A stretch of DNA of 64,000 nt from the NCBI GenBank assembly GCA_947175605.1, contig CAMWNH010000002.1:17754-81753 (forward strand), given 5' to 3'. A program made the position numbers and the translations under genes. The stretch is from an uncultured Porphyromonadaceae bacterium (GTDB taxonomy: Bacteria; Bacteroidota; Bacteroidia; Bacteroidales; Muribaculaceae). Within the stretch, counting starts at the first letter, position 1. Every line of letters starts with the position of its first letter. This document shows, piece after piece, positions 10,036 through 20,340 of this stretch. Below the pieces are notes generated by a model. The model did no database searches. It was not told where the DNA came from and was given only the letters and a program-made list of their open reading frames with translations.

Positions 10036-12453
10036 ATGTCAGAAATCAACGTAGACAACCTGAACAACAATAAAGACAGCAATGAAGAAGGCTTTGACAC
10101 GATGGGCCTTCTTCTGGACTACCTTGCTCACTGGAAGTGGTTTGCGGTCTGTGGCATAATAGCACTTTGCTTTTCCTATTATTATTATTCTACGATTGTC
10201 CCGACATATCAAGTCACTGCGGCCATCTATCTTAGTGATGACAAGAATAAGACGTCGAATGCAATCACGATGCACCGTCAGCTTGTCGACAACAAAGACT
10301 TTATCGATGAAACCGAGCTTGAGGTCCTAAAGAGTCGTAATTCGCTGATCAATATTGTCGACTCCCTCAATCTTGCATACAGTTACGCATATAAGGGGCG
10401 TTTCAGAAACTCGCCTATCTATGGTTCGAATCCCGTGCAGCTCCGCATGGATTCTGTGTCTCTGCATAATCTAAAGTCACCCATCAAAGCAGAGATCAAG
10501 CGAGTAGGCGAGGATAGCTACGACATCAAGATAGTCTCGCATTTCGGTGGAGAAAAAGAAGAAAAAGTTCTTGACGGTACCACGCTTCCCGTTGACGTCG
10601 AACTATCCCAGGGCACTCTTGAGATATCGCAGACTCCCGGAGCAGGAAAGCTGAACGGTACGCTTATTGCGAGCATCAACAGCAGACGAAGCGTAGCAAG
10701 CCGAATTTCATCGTCGCTATTCCTCTCCATCAATCAGAATTCACCCAGCATTGTCAACATCAGCTACAACACGCCCAATATCGAAGAGGGTAAAGATATT
10801 GTAAATGCACTGATTGACTTCTATAACCGCCAGATAATCGAGGACAAGAACCGTTCGGCCATTCAGACGGAAGCCTTTATTCTCGACCGTCTCGTGATGA
10901 TTTCGGGCGAACTGAAGGACGTTGAGAATCGACTTCAGGATTATCGCCAGAAGCATCAGATTGTGGACCTCAGCTCGCAGGCCAACATGAACCTTAGCCA
11001 AAAGTCCAACTACGAGGCTCAGCTGACGAGCATCGATGCCGATCTGCGAATGCTCGATGACATCGAACGCATGGTGTCGAATGCCGACATCTACGAGACA
11101 TTGCCGTCGGCCGTATCGGACCAGAGCATCGGCGCAATGATTGAGGCGTATAACCGCAAGGTCCTTCAGCTCAACCGTATGCTTCAGAGCTCGACGCCAG
11201 ATAATCCGCTGGTGACAAAGATGCAGGAAGACCTCTCTCACGACAAGTACCGTCTGCTTTCCAACATCGCCTCCACTCGCAAGGTGATGTCTACCCGCAG
11301 AGGTTCTATCGCTTCTCTCGAGAACCGCAGCGAAGGTCAGCTGTCCTCCCTACCCCCGATCGACAAGGGTCTGCAGGAAATCTTCCGCGAACAGCAGGTT
11401 AAGGTAAACATCTACACCTTCCTCCTGCAGCGTCGTGAAGAAATCGCTCTTCAGAAGACACTGGCGACGAATACCGCGCGCCTTATCGACGACCCCGTCG
11501 GTTCAGGCCCTGTCGCTCCCGATAGAAACAGAATTCTTCTTATCGGTCTCGTAATCGGCCTCCTGATTCCGGCAGGCGTAATTCTCCTCCGTCGTCTTAT
11601 CTTCCCGATTTTCAAAGACCAGGAAGAACTGGAACGTCTTACGTCAGTTCCCATCCTCGGCGAAATCTGTAAATCGGGTTCGAAAACCAAGGAAGAAGTT
11701 GTGATCGGGGAGAATGTATCGACACCTATTGCCGAGCTTTTCCGTCTTCTCCGCAACAATATCGGATTTACGAGCCGAGGCACGGAAAACAAAGTTATCC
11801 TCGTTACGTCGGCAGTGTCCGGTGAAGGTAAGACGTTCATTGCCGTGAACCTTGCAATGACCTACGCATTGACGGGCAAAAAAACACTGGTAATCGGTCT
11901 TGATATCCGTCGTCCCGCACTTGCCCACCGTTTCCACATGAGCAACCAGCGCGGTGCCACGACCTATCTCTCCGGCCAGGAAACGGATATCAACAAGCTC
12001 CTTATCCAATCGAAGGATAATCCCAACCTTTACATCCTCACTGCCGGCCCAGTTGCGCCCAACCCCAACGAGCTTCTCATGAGCCCCAACATGCATGAGA
12101 TGATGACCAAGCTGCGCGAAGAGTTCGATTACATCATCATCGACTCCGCACCTCTCGGCATTGTGTCGGATACGTATCTCATCCTTCGTGAGAGCGATCT
12201 TCAGATCTTCGTCACCCGCGCCAACTACTCTTCTCGTCGCGGCCTCCGAGTTCTGCATCAGGCCATCAAGCAGGATAAATTCTCGAAGGTTTACATCGTG
12301 CTCAACGGTGTAGACATGGGCTCCGGCTCCTATCTGTACCGCCGCTATGGCCAGTACCGTACATATGGTGCACAGGGCCGCACCTACGGCTATGGCTACA
12401 CTTCCAAGAGCAAAGGGAAGAACAGCCACAGCGAAGAGAAAAAAGCAGACTGA
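10036..12453 (+). CDS. wzc: Polysaccharide co-polymerase / BY-kinase (Wzc family)
   Basis: Two TM segments, a periplasmic coiled coil, Walker A SAVSGEGKT, IIIDSAP, and a C-terminal Tyr cluster (YLYRRYGQYRTYG...YGYGY). Confidence 0.93.
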   Translation: MSEINVDNLNNNKDSNEEGFDTMGLLLDYLAHWKWFAVCGIIALCFSYYYYSTIVPTYQVTAAIYLSDDKNKTSNAITMHRQLVDNKDFIDETELEVLKSRNSLINIVDSLNLAYSYAYKGRFRNSPIYGSNPVQLRMDSVSLHNLKSPIKAEIKRVGEDSYDIKIVSHFGGEKEEKVLDGTTLPVDVELSQGTLEISQTPGAGKLNGTLIASINSRRSVASRISSSLFLSINQNSPSIVNISYNTPNIEEGKDIVNALIDFYNRQIIEDKNRSAIQTEAFILDRLVMISGELKDVENRLQDYRQKHQIVDLSSQANMNLSQKSNYEAQLTSIDADLRMLDDIERMVSNADIYETLPSAVSDQSIGAMIEAYNRKVLQLNRMLQSSTPDNPLVTKMQEDLSHDKYRLLSNIASTRKVMSTRRGSIASLENRSEGQLSSLPPIDKGLQEIFREQQVKVNIYTFLLQRREEIALQKTLATNTARLIDDPVGSGPVAPDRNRILLIGLVIGLLIPAGVILLRRLIFPIFKDQEELERLTSVPILGEICKSGSKTKEEVVIGENVSTPIAELFRLLRNNIGFTSRGTENKVILVTSAVSGEGKTFIAVNLAMTYALTGKKTLVIGLDIRRPALAHRFHMSNQRGATTYLSGQETDINKLLIQSKDNPNLYILTAGPVAPNPNELLMSPNMHEMMTKLREEFDYIIIDSAPLGIVSDTYLILRESDLQIFVTRANYSSRRGLRVLHQAIKQDKFSKVYIVLNGVDMGSGSYLYRRYGQYRTYGAQGRTYGYGYTSKSKGKNSHSEEKKAD

Positions 12454-12511
12454 CTTAACTGACGCTCCGGAATAATCCCGGGAACCAAGCGTCTACGGAC
12501 TTCACAAATAT

Positions 12512-12555
12512 CCACCCTTGGCATCCAGCTCACCCACGAGCGATGCCAAGGGTGG
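12512..12555 (+). terminator. Strong stem-loop downstream of wzc (no U-tract)
   Basis: CCACCCTTGGCATC (12512-12525) is the exact reverse complement of GATGCCAAGGGTGG (12542-12555). Confidence 0.55.
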
Positions 12556-12573
12556 CGAATTAATCAGCACACC

Positions 12574-13833
12574 ATGCAGCACATATCCGACCAGGCATCC
12601 AACCCCAGAAGCATAGAAATCAAGGATTACAATTATCCACTTCCGCAGGAGCGAATCGCATTACACCCATTGGAGAAACGCGATGAATGCAAACTTCTGG
12701 TAAGGGAGGCGACAGGCACGCTCAGAGATACAATATTCAAGGCCCTACCCTCCTTATTGCCGGAGGATGCCGTGCTGGTGTACAACAATACCCGAGTCAT
12801 AAACGCACGTCTCCGCTTTCGCAAAGCATCGGGGGCTAAGATTGAAATCTTCTGCCTCGAACCCACATCTCCGGCTGACTACGAACGCTCGTTCGCAGCA
12901 ACAAAGGAATGCTGTTGGAGTTGCCTGATCGGTAATTCCAAACGTTGGAAAGAGGGCCAGCTTGAACTTGACGTGACACTTCCCGATGGAAAAACGTGTA
13001 CACTGAAGGCCGAGCGCACGGGAGCTGTGGGAAATGACGGATCGCCTGAAATCAAATTTACATGGAGCGGCTGTGTATCCTTCAGCGAAATAATAGGCGC
13101 TGCGGGCGAAATCCCCATCCCACCCTACCTAAACCGTAGCTCGGAGGAAGCAGACAGCAGCGATTATCAGACGATATTTTCCCACATCGAAGGATCTGTG
13201 GCCGCACCGACGGCCGGACTGCATTTCACAGACGCCGTTTTAGAAGAAATTGACTCTCGAGGCATAGCTCGGCGTGAGCTGACACTGCACGTCGGCGCAG
13301 GCACATTCCGGCCGGTAAAGTCCGATCAAATAGGAGAGCACGATATGCACAGCGAATTCGTGACCGTCCGAAAAGAACTTATCGATGAACTCCGAGACTT
13401 TATCGCCCAGGGACGCCCGGTAATAGCCGTCGGCACAACGAGTGTGCGCACGCTCGAGAGTCTGTATCATATCGGCAAAGAAATCGGCTCCGGAAATTGG
13501 ACCGGGGAATTACCTCAATGGACTGCATATGATAAGCCTTCGTCTATGTCTGCAAGTCAGGCATTGGACAATATCAGCAAATACCTTCAAACGGAAGGAC
13601 TCGACACGCTCAATGCATATACACGCATCATAATCGCACCCGGATACAAATATCGCATTGTATCCGGAATGCTCACAAACTTCCATCAGCCTCAGTCGAC
13701 CCTCCTGCTATTAGTGAGCGCCTTTATCGGAGAGAGCTGGAGAGATGTATATCGCCACGCACTCAAAAATGGCTATCGCTTCCTGAGCTACGGAGACGCA
13801 TGCCTGTTTATGGGCGACACGGCCGGGCGCTGA
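12574..13833 (+). CDS. queA: SAM:tRNA ribosyltransferase-isomerase, long paralogue
   Basis: YNNTRVINARL, PIPPYL, DYQTIF, GSVAAPTAGLHFT, HVGAGTF, GTTSVRTLES, TNFHQP and SYGDA motifs. Confidence 0.9.
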   Translation: MQHISDQASNPRSIEIKDYNYPLPQERIALHPLEKRDECKLLVREATGTLRDTIFKALPSLLPEDAVLVYNNTRVINARLRFRKASGAKIEIFCLEPTSPADYERSFAATKECCWSCLIGNSKRWKEGQLELDVTLPDGKTCTLKAERTGAVGNDGSPEIKFTWSGCVSFSEIIGAAGEIPIPPYLNRSSEEADSSDYQTIFSHIEGSVAAPTAGLHFTDAVLEEIDSRGIARRELTLHVGAGTFRPVKSDQIGEHDMHSEFVTVRKELIDELRDFIAQGRPVIAVGTTSVRTLESLYHIGKEIGSGNWTGELPQWTAYDKPSSMSASQALDNISKYLQTEGLDTLNAYTRIIIAPGYKYRIVSGMLTNFHQPQSTLLLLVSAFIGESWRDVYRHALKNGYRFLSYGDACLFMGDTAGR

Positions 13834-13834
13834 A

Positions 13835-14788
13835 TCAACGCAGGAGATAAACCGTATAAAGGATATAGGCAATCGTAAGGACAGCGCCTTCCACACGCGT
13901 GAAGGTTCTCTTTCCGTACACGGCTCCTGTGAGCCAGAAAAGCAGGCAAGAGCCGGCGAGCACCAACAAATCAACAATACCGATACTGCCGAATGTCAGA
14001 GGTCGGATCGTTGCGGAAGCTCCGAGCACAAGGAAGATATTGAAGATATTACTACCGATGACATTGCCAACGGCCATACCGGGCTTACCTTTGACGGCCG
14101 AAACGACAGACGTGGCAAGCTCGGGCAATGAAGTCCCTGCCGCAACAATCGTAAGGCCGATTACGGCATCGCTGACGCCTAAGGCCCTGGCAATTCCGGA
14201 AGCACCGTTCACGAAAAGATTCCCGCCTATTATAAGACCGGCAAGGCCCAGTACAATCCAAAGAATGGATTTCCACAGCGGAAGGACCTCTGCAACAGCA
14301 TCGTCCAGAGCCACTTCCGCGGACTTGGCGCGTGCGAAAGTATAGCGCATGAAAATGGCGAAGAACAAGAGCAGGACGATTCCATCGGCACGCGTCAATA
14401 CGCGAGGAGCCGTGTCACCAAGCCAAGGACCGCTCCCCATAGCCAACAGAGCAAGGGCAGAGACAAGCACCAAAGGAATATCGGATGTGAGAATACTTCG
14501 TTCAATCTTGATGGGCCTAACGAGTGCTGTTATGCCTATAATCGCAAGCACATTGAAGATATTACTACCCACGACATTGCCTATCGCCATTTCCGTGCGC
14601 CCGTCGAGCGCAGAAAAAAGACTGATTACGAATTCGGGTGCCGAGGTGCCGAAGGCAACGACCGTGAGACCGACAATCAGATCCGAAACGCCCCAGCGCC
14701 GCGCGACGTCCGCTGCACCGTCCGTAAGCTTGGACGCACCGACAAGAATAAGGACCAGACCGATAACTAAAAAGATTACCGAAACCAT
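13835..14788 (-). CDS. Calcium/sodium antiporter (CaCA, YrbG-like)
   Basis: About 10 TM segments with duplicated alpha repeats GTSAPE / GTSLPE and GNVVGSNIFN / GNVIGSNIFN. Confidence 0.92.
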   Translation of the reverse strand: MVSVIFLVIGLVLILVGASKLTDGAADVARRWGVSDLIVGLTVVAFGTSAPEFVISLFSALDGRTEMAIGNVVGSNIFNVLAIIGITALVRPIKIERSILTSDIPLVLVSALALLAMGSGPWLGDTAPRVLTRADGIVLLLFFAIFMRYTFARAKSAEVALDDAVAEVLPLWKSILWIVLGLAGLIIGGNLFVNGASGIARALGVSDAVIGLTIVAAGTSLPELATSVVSAVKGKPGMAVGNVIGSNIFNIFLVLGASATIRPLTFGSIGIVDLLVLAGSCLLFWLTGAVYGKRTFTRVEGAVLTIAYILYTVYLLR

Positions 14789-14860
14789 TTCACTTCTATT
14801 ATTTAGATTAAATTCCCCGCGAGGAGAATAACACCACTATCGAAGTTCAGCAAATCCATA

Positions 14861-16369
14861 TCACCCGCAATGGAAATGCTGCTTGACCATCTCCAGCATC
14901 TTGTCGGGATCCTCAAGAGCCGCGCGGGCATGACGGTCGTCCTGCGCACGGAGACGCGCACAAACGCCTTCGATCATTTCAGGAGAGAAGACATCCTTAT
15001 CAGTGAACACAGATGCCTTATTCTCAAGACACCGGGCAGAATCGTGGCATGAAACGGGAAGCGAGTCAAGAGCAGCGAGCCTCGAGGCATTCTCGGCGGA
15101 ATGAATATTCACATCCACATAAGTCCGCTCGGCCACGTCGAGAGCGTCGGGCATCTCGAAGCCGTGCCGCACAGCCACGGCCAGACCGGCAAGGAGCTGA
15201 TATATATCGGCCGAGCCGTCGGCAGAACGGATTTCAAAGGTCTGTTTTCTTGTGGGATCCACCTCGGCCGGAGTAGAATCTCCGGGATTTGCTTTGGCGC
15301 ACATGTCGGCCTCGGCCGTCCAGCCAAGAGGCACACGAACGAGGACGGATCTGTTGCGGTCGCCCCAGCAGACATTGGTAGGCGCTTCCTGATGCGGCAC
15401 GAGCCGGAAATAACTGGTGGGATTCGTATTGCCGAACGCAGTGAGAGCGGGCGCAAGGTCCATAATACCTGCTATGCCACGAAGCGCGCTATCCGACAAC
15501 TTGCGTTCGGGCGTAAGCATGGCGGTGCGCCCGTCGGGATGCATAAGACGCATATGAACGTGCAGGCCCGAGCCGGCTTTGCCCACCGTGATCTTCGGCG
15601 CGAAGGTGACATTCAGATCCATCTTTGCCGCGAGATTGCGAATAACCCATTTAGCAAGCATGAGCTGATCGGCAGCCTGACGAGCGTCGACAGGCAGGAA
15701 CTCAATCTCGTTCTGCTCATAGACCAGTCCACCGAGGGTGAAGTTGCCCACTTCCGAGTGTCCATATTTTATCTGTCCTCCCGTGCGAGCTATGTAGCTC
15801 ATAGCCAAGGTGCGGAAATCATTGAACTTGGCAAATGGAGCGCTTTCGTGGTAGCCTTTCTGGTCAGTTGCGGGGAAAGAGCCCGGATCGGGAGCGATAA
15901 CGTAGAACTCCAGTTCGCCCATTGCGTGGAACTCGAGACCGGTCACTTCCGTGAACTTCCTGCAAGCCTTATCGAGAGTTACTTCCGGAGATGAAGCAAG
16001 AGGCTTGCCATCCTTATCGAAGAAGGAACAGAGCATCGTGAGCGTACGCACGGGAGCAAAGGGATCAACAAAGGCCGTGCGGTAGCGGGGGACCACATAA
16101 AGGTCCGACGATCCGGCACTTATGAATGGGAAAAGTGAGGATCCGTCGACGCGCTCGCCCAGAGTGAGAATGGTTTCGAGATACTCGAGCGAGTTGATTA
16201 CGAAATTAAGGGTTTTCAGGCGTCCGTCTGCAGCCGGATACATGAAATTTACCATCTCCACCTGATTTTCGGAGATGTAGCGAATAATATCATCGCGTGT
16301 GAAGTCAGCGGGGCTCTTACCGAGCCAAGCAGCCACTTCGTTCTTGGTCAGTGTCAGGGAACGGTTCAT
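14861..16369 (-). CDS. glnA: Glutamine synthetase (type I family)
   Basis: RVDGSS, GELEFYV, HSEVG, QNEIEF, TFAPK, GSGLHVH, RLVPHQEAP, NRSVLVRVP and FEIRSAD motifs. Confidence 0.9.
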   Translation of the reverse strand: MNRSLTLTKNEVAAWLGKSPADFTRDDIIRYISENQVEMVNFMYPAADGRLKTLNFVINSLEYLETILTLGERVDGSSLFPFISAGSSDLYVVPRYRTAFVDPFAPVRTLTMLCSFFDKDGKPLASSPEVTLDKACRKFTEVTGLEFHAMGELEFYVIAPDPGSFPATDQKGYHESAPFAKFNDFRTLAMSYIARTGGQIKYGHSEVGNFTLGGLVYEQNEIEFLPVDARQAADQLMLAKWVIRNLAAKMDLNVTFAPKITVGKAGSGLHVHMRLMHPDGRTAMLTPERKLSDSALRGIAGIMDLAPALTAFGNTNPTSYFRLVPHQEAPTNVCWGDRNRSVLVRVPLGWTAEADMCAKANPGDSTPAEVDPTRKQTFEIRSADGSADIYQLLAGLAVAVRHGFEMPDALDVAERTYVDVNIHSAENASRLAALDSLPVSCHDSARCLENKASVFTDKDVFSPEMIEGVCARLRAQDDRHARAALEDPDKMLEMVKQHFHCG

Positions 16370-16457
16370 CCGTAATTCAGTTTTAAGGTATTGTCAAGGT
16401 TTGATTCGCTAAGTTACAACAAAGCCCGCACAAATCAAAATCCACGCTCTAAAATAT

Positions 16458-18374
16458 TCAATCAAGACTCTCTACATATTCATGCAGGCGGCGATAGAAG
16501 GGATGTGCCGCCACCAGAGTGGGAACATTCCCGACGATAATGAGCTTCATCCGGGCACGCGTCATGGCTACGTTCATGCGCCGGAGATCGCGAAGGAAGC
16601 CAATCTGCGCCTTGTCATTGCTCCGCACGAGCGATACCATGATAATATCGCGTTCCTGTCCCTGAAAACCATCGACGGTATTTATCGAAATCAAATGCCG
16701 ATAAGGCTTGGACCATGACTCGCGACGAATAAGCATCCGCAAATACCTGACCTGCGCGCGATACGGCGAAATAAGCCCCACATCGATGCGCTCGTCAAGC
16801 ACCCTGGCTTTGCCTATACGCTCGAAGAAGGAATGAAGAATCTCGAGCGTCAGACGGGCTTCGGCCTTATTCACACGACCGAATGTCCGGCCGGCAAGCG
16901 CCTCACGGAAAGCGAGATCGGGGTCCGGAGAATCATCCGGCTCGGATGGAATCAATGCTGTATCCACCCACTCCACGGGTTTATCGAAATCCATAATACC
17001 GCGGCACGCGACCTCGGGCGCGGCGCTCAAGCGAGAACCGTAGAACCAATCGCTCGAAAAGCGCATAATGTCGCTATGCATACGATATTGTATGGACAGC
17101 AGCGAGAGGCATTCCGGATGGTTGTCGGCTATACGCTCCATCAAAGAACGTCCGAGGCCGCCTTTGGCAGCTTCGAAACTCTTCACGGTAGGAGGCAACT
17201 GGCAATGATCGCCTGCAAGAATCATCCTGCGGGCACGCCGCATGGGAATCCAGGACGCAGGCTCTGATGCCTGCGCCGCTTCGTCGATAAATACCGTATT
17301 GAACGTCATTCCGTCCAGCATGTGCGATGCACTGCCCACCAAAGTGCAGGCTACGACACCGGCAGAGGCGAAGACATCATGCCAGATACGGATCTCGAGC
17401 TCCTGCGCCCTCGAGCGTAAGCTGTCGAGCTTCTGATGTCGGTTTTCCGAACGCCGCGAGGAACGCAACTCGCGTATTGCCTTGCGTATGCTCCACAGTG
17501 TTGGATAGTCGGGGTGAGATTCGAATCGTCGTTCGAAGGTATGTGATAGCATCTCGTCGGTCACACGCGAGGGATTGCCCATACGGAGCACCCGGACACC
17601 CCGCTCCAGCAGACGCGAGCATATCCAGTCCACGGCCATATTGCTCTGGGCGCATACGAGCACCTGACTTTCACGACGCAGCGTTTCGTATATCGCTTCC
17701 ACGAGAGTTGTTGTCTTGCCTGTGCCTGGAGGACCATGAACTACGGCGACATCGCGTGCAGCGAGCACCTTGTTCACTGCCGCTTCCTGCGACTGATTGA
17801 GATAACAGAAGCCAAGACGCGGCACAGCGAGCGGGAGCGAGACAGCCTTGGGGGCAGAGATGAAATCGTTGAGGGCCGCCATGCGGCTGTCGCGACGACT
17901 CAAGGCGGCGAGAGCATCGAACTGCGCCCGGAACGAGGTCTCGTCAAAGGACAGCATGACACCTGCGCGAGCGCCGGGGGCCTCGAGCTGTGACAGCAGC
18001 GCGCCGTCCGGAATGGCAACGAGCATACGCGGCCCATCCACAAAGTTTACAGTGCCCGTAAAAAGCAGGCGTGGAGCGGCTCCGGGGTCGCCGACGAGCG
18101 TAAAAAACACGACAGGCTTGCCATACTCGAACTCATTGGGAGCGTCCGGATCGGAGGCATCCGCATCGGCACGCCTAATCTCAACAAGCCTTATATCGAG
18201 CGAGTTGTAGAAATCACCGACAAGCTTCACGGGGAACCATGCGCGTCCGCGCTCGACAAGACGAGCAATGCCCGCGCCGTCGGCAACTTTAAGAAACGAA
18301 GCCTTCTCCTCCTCATATTCAATGCGGAGAAGACGGCTAAGACGCTCGATGACGGCCTGCGAGGATTCGGACAT
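16458..18374 (-). CDS. Superfamily 1 (Upf1/IGHMBP2-like) helicase
   Basis: GPPGTGKTTT, DEAAQ, GDHCQLPP, QYRM, VDGFQGQERD and RRMNVAMTRA motifs. Confidence 0.92.
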   Translation of the reverse strand: MSESSQAVIERLSRLLRIEYEEEKASFLKVADGAGIARLVERGRAWFPVKLVGDFYNSLDIRLVEIRRADADASDPDAPNEFEYGKPVVFFTLVGDPGAAPRLLFTGTVNFVDGPRMLVAIPDGALLSQLEAPGARAGVMLSFDETSFRAQFDALAALSRRDSRMAALNDFISAPKAVSLPLAVPRLGFCYLNQSQEAAVNKVLAARDVAVVHGPPGTGKTTTLVEAIYETLRRESQVLVCAQSNMAVDWICSRLLERGVRVLRMGNPSRVTDEMLSHTFERRFESHPDYPTLWSIRKAIRELRSSRRSENRHQKLDSLRSRAQELEIRIWHDVFASAGVVACTLVGSASHMLDGMTFNTVFIDEAAQASEPASWIPMRRARRMILAGDHCQLPPTVKSFEAAKGGLGRSLMERIADNHPECLSLLSIQYRMHSDIMRFSSDWFYGSRLSAAPEVACRGIMDFDKPVEWVDTALIPSEPDDSPDPDLAFREALAGRTFGRVNKAEARLTLEILHSFFERIGKARVLDERIDVGLISPYRAQVRYLRMLIRRESWSKPYRHLISINTVDGFQGQERDIIMVSLVRSNDKAQIGFLRDLRRMNVAMTRARMKLIIVGNVPTLVAAHPFYRRLHEYVESLD

Positions 18375-18389
18375 AGGCTATGGGGCAGC

Positions 18390-19736
<1,347 letters not shown>

Positions 19737-19753
19737 GTCCTGTATATAAAAAA

Positions 19754-19795
19754 TTTGGGACTTTGCACAAGAATGAGTAATTTTGTGCAAAAATA
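19754..19795. promoter_or_regulatory. Overlapping divergent promoters (miaB and the rightward operon)
   Basis: Plus strand: TTTG at 19754-57, 20-nt spacer, TAATTTTG at 19778-85. Minus strand: TATTTTTG at 19788-95. Confidence 0.6.
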
Positions 19796-19804
19796 CAAAA
19801 AAAA

Positions 19805-20278
19805 GTGGACTTCTCGGACATATCAGATACGATAATCGGACTCCTGATAGGCGGTATAGCCATCTGGAGCTACTTTATCGGCCCGCTCATCAAGAAGCTG
19901 ACCGAGAAGTCCGGGACGGCCAATGCGCAAGAGCACCATAGGGCTGCCACACCACGTGCCGCGGCGAAACGTCCAGCTCCACAGCCTGCACGCACCGTAG
20001 CGAAAAGGCATATCGCCGAGGCCGGGGCCTTCAGGCCATGGGAGAGTCCGCTCACAGAAGCACCGCAGCCCCTGACAGTCGAGACCGCACCCGAGCCATT
20101 CATCTCAGGCGAAGAGGGCATCCGCGCGACAAGCGACGCCGATGCGGGGACGGAAGCACAGCTTGCTGCGATGAGCACCACTCCGTCGGCGGCAGCCGAA
20201 CTCCTCGGTTCCAGCCCGGAGGATCTGCGGCGCGGAGTGATATGGGCGGAAATCCTTAGCCCCAAATTCAAGGACTGA
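19805..20278 (+). CDS. Hypothetical membrane-anchored protein
   Basis: GTG start, an N-terminal TM helix, a Pro/Ala/Thr-rich linker, and a C-terminal LRRGVIWAEILSPK motif. Confidence 0.7.
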   Translation: MDFSDISDTIIGLLIGGIAIWSYFIGPLIKKLTEKSGTANAQEHHRAATPRAAAKRPAPQPARTVAKRHIAEAGAFRPWESPLTEAPQPLTVETAPEPFISGEEGIRATSDADAGTEAQLAAMSTTPSAAAELLGSSPEDLRRGVIWAEILSPKFKD

Positions 20279-20340
20279 CAGCCTCGGAGGATAATAGTCA
20301 GTGAAAAACAATCGATAAAAACAACCAATCATATATAGCT

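Noticed and set aside
12454-12573. preQ1 riboswitch upstream of queA
   Set aside because: It lacks the preQ1-I P1 stem and A-rich tail pattern; only generic hairpins are present.
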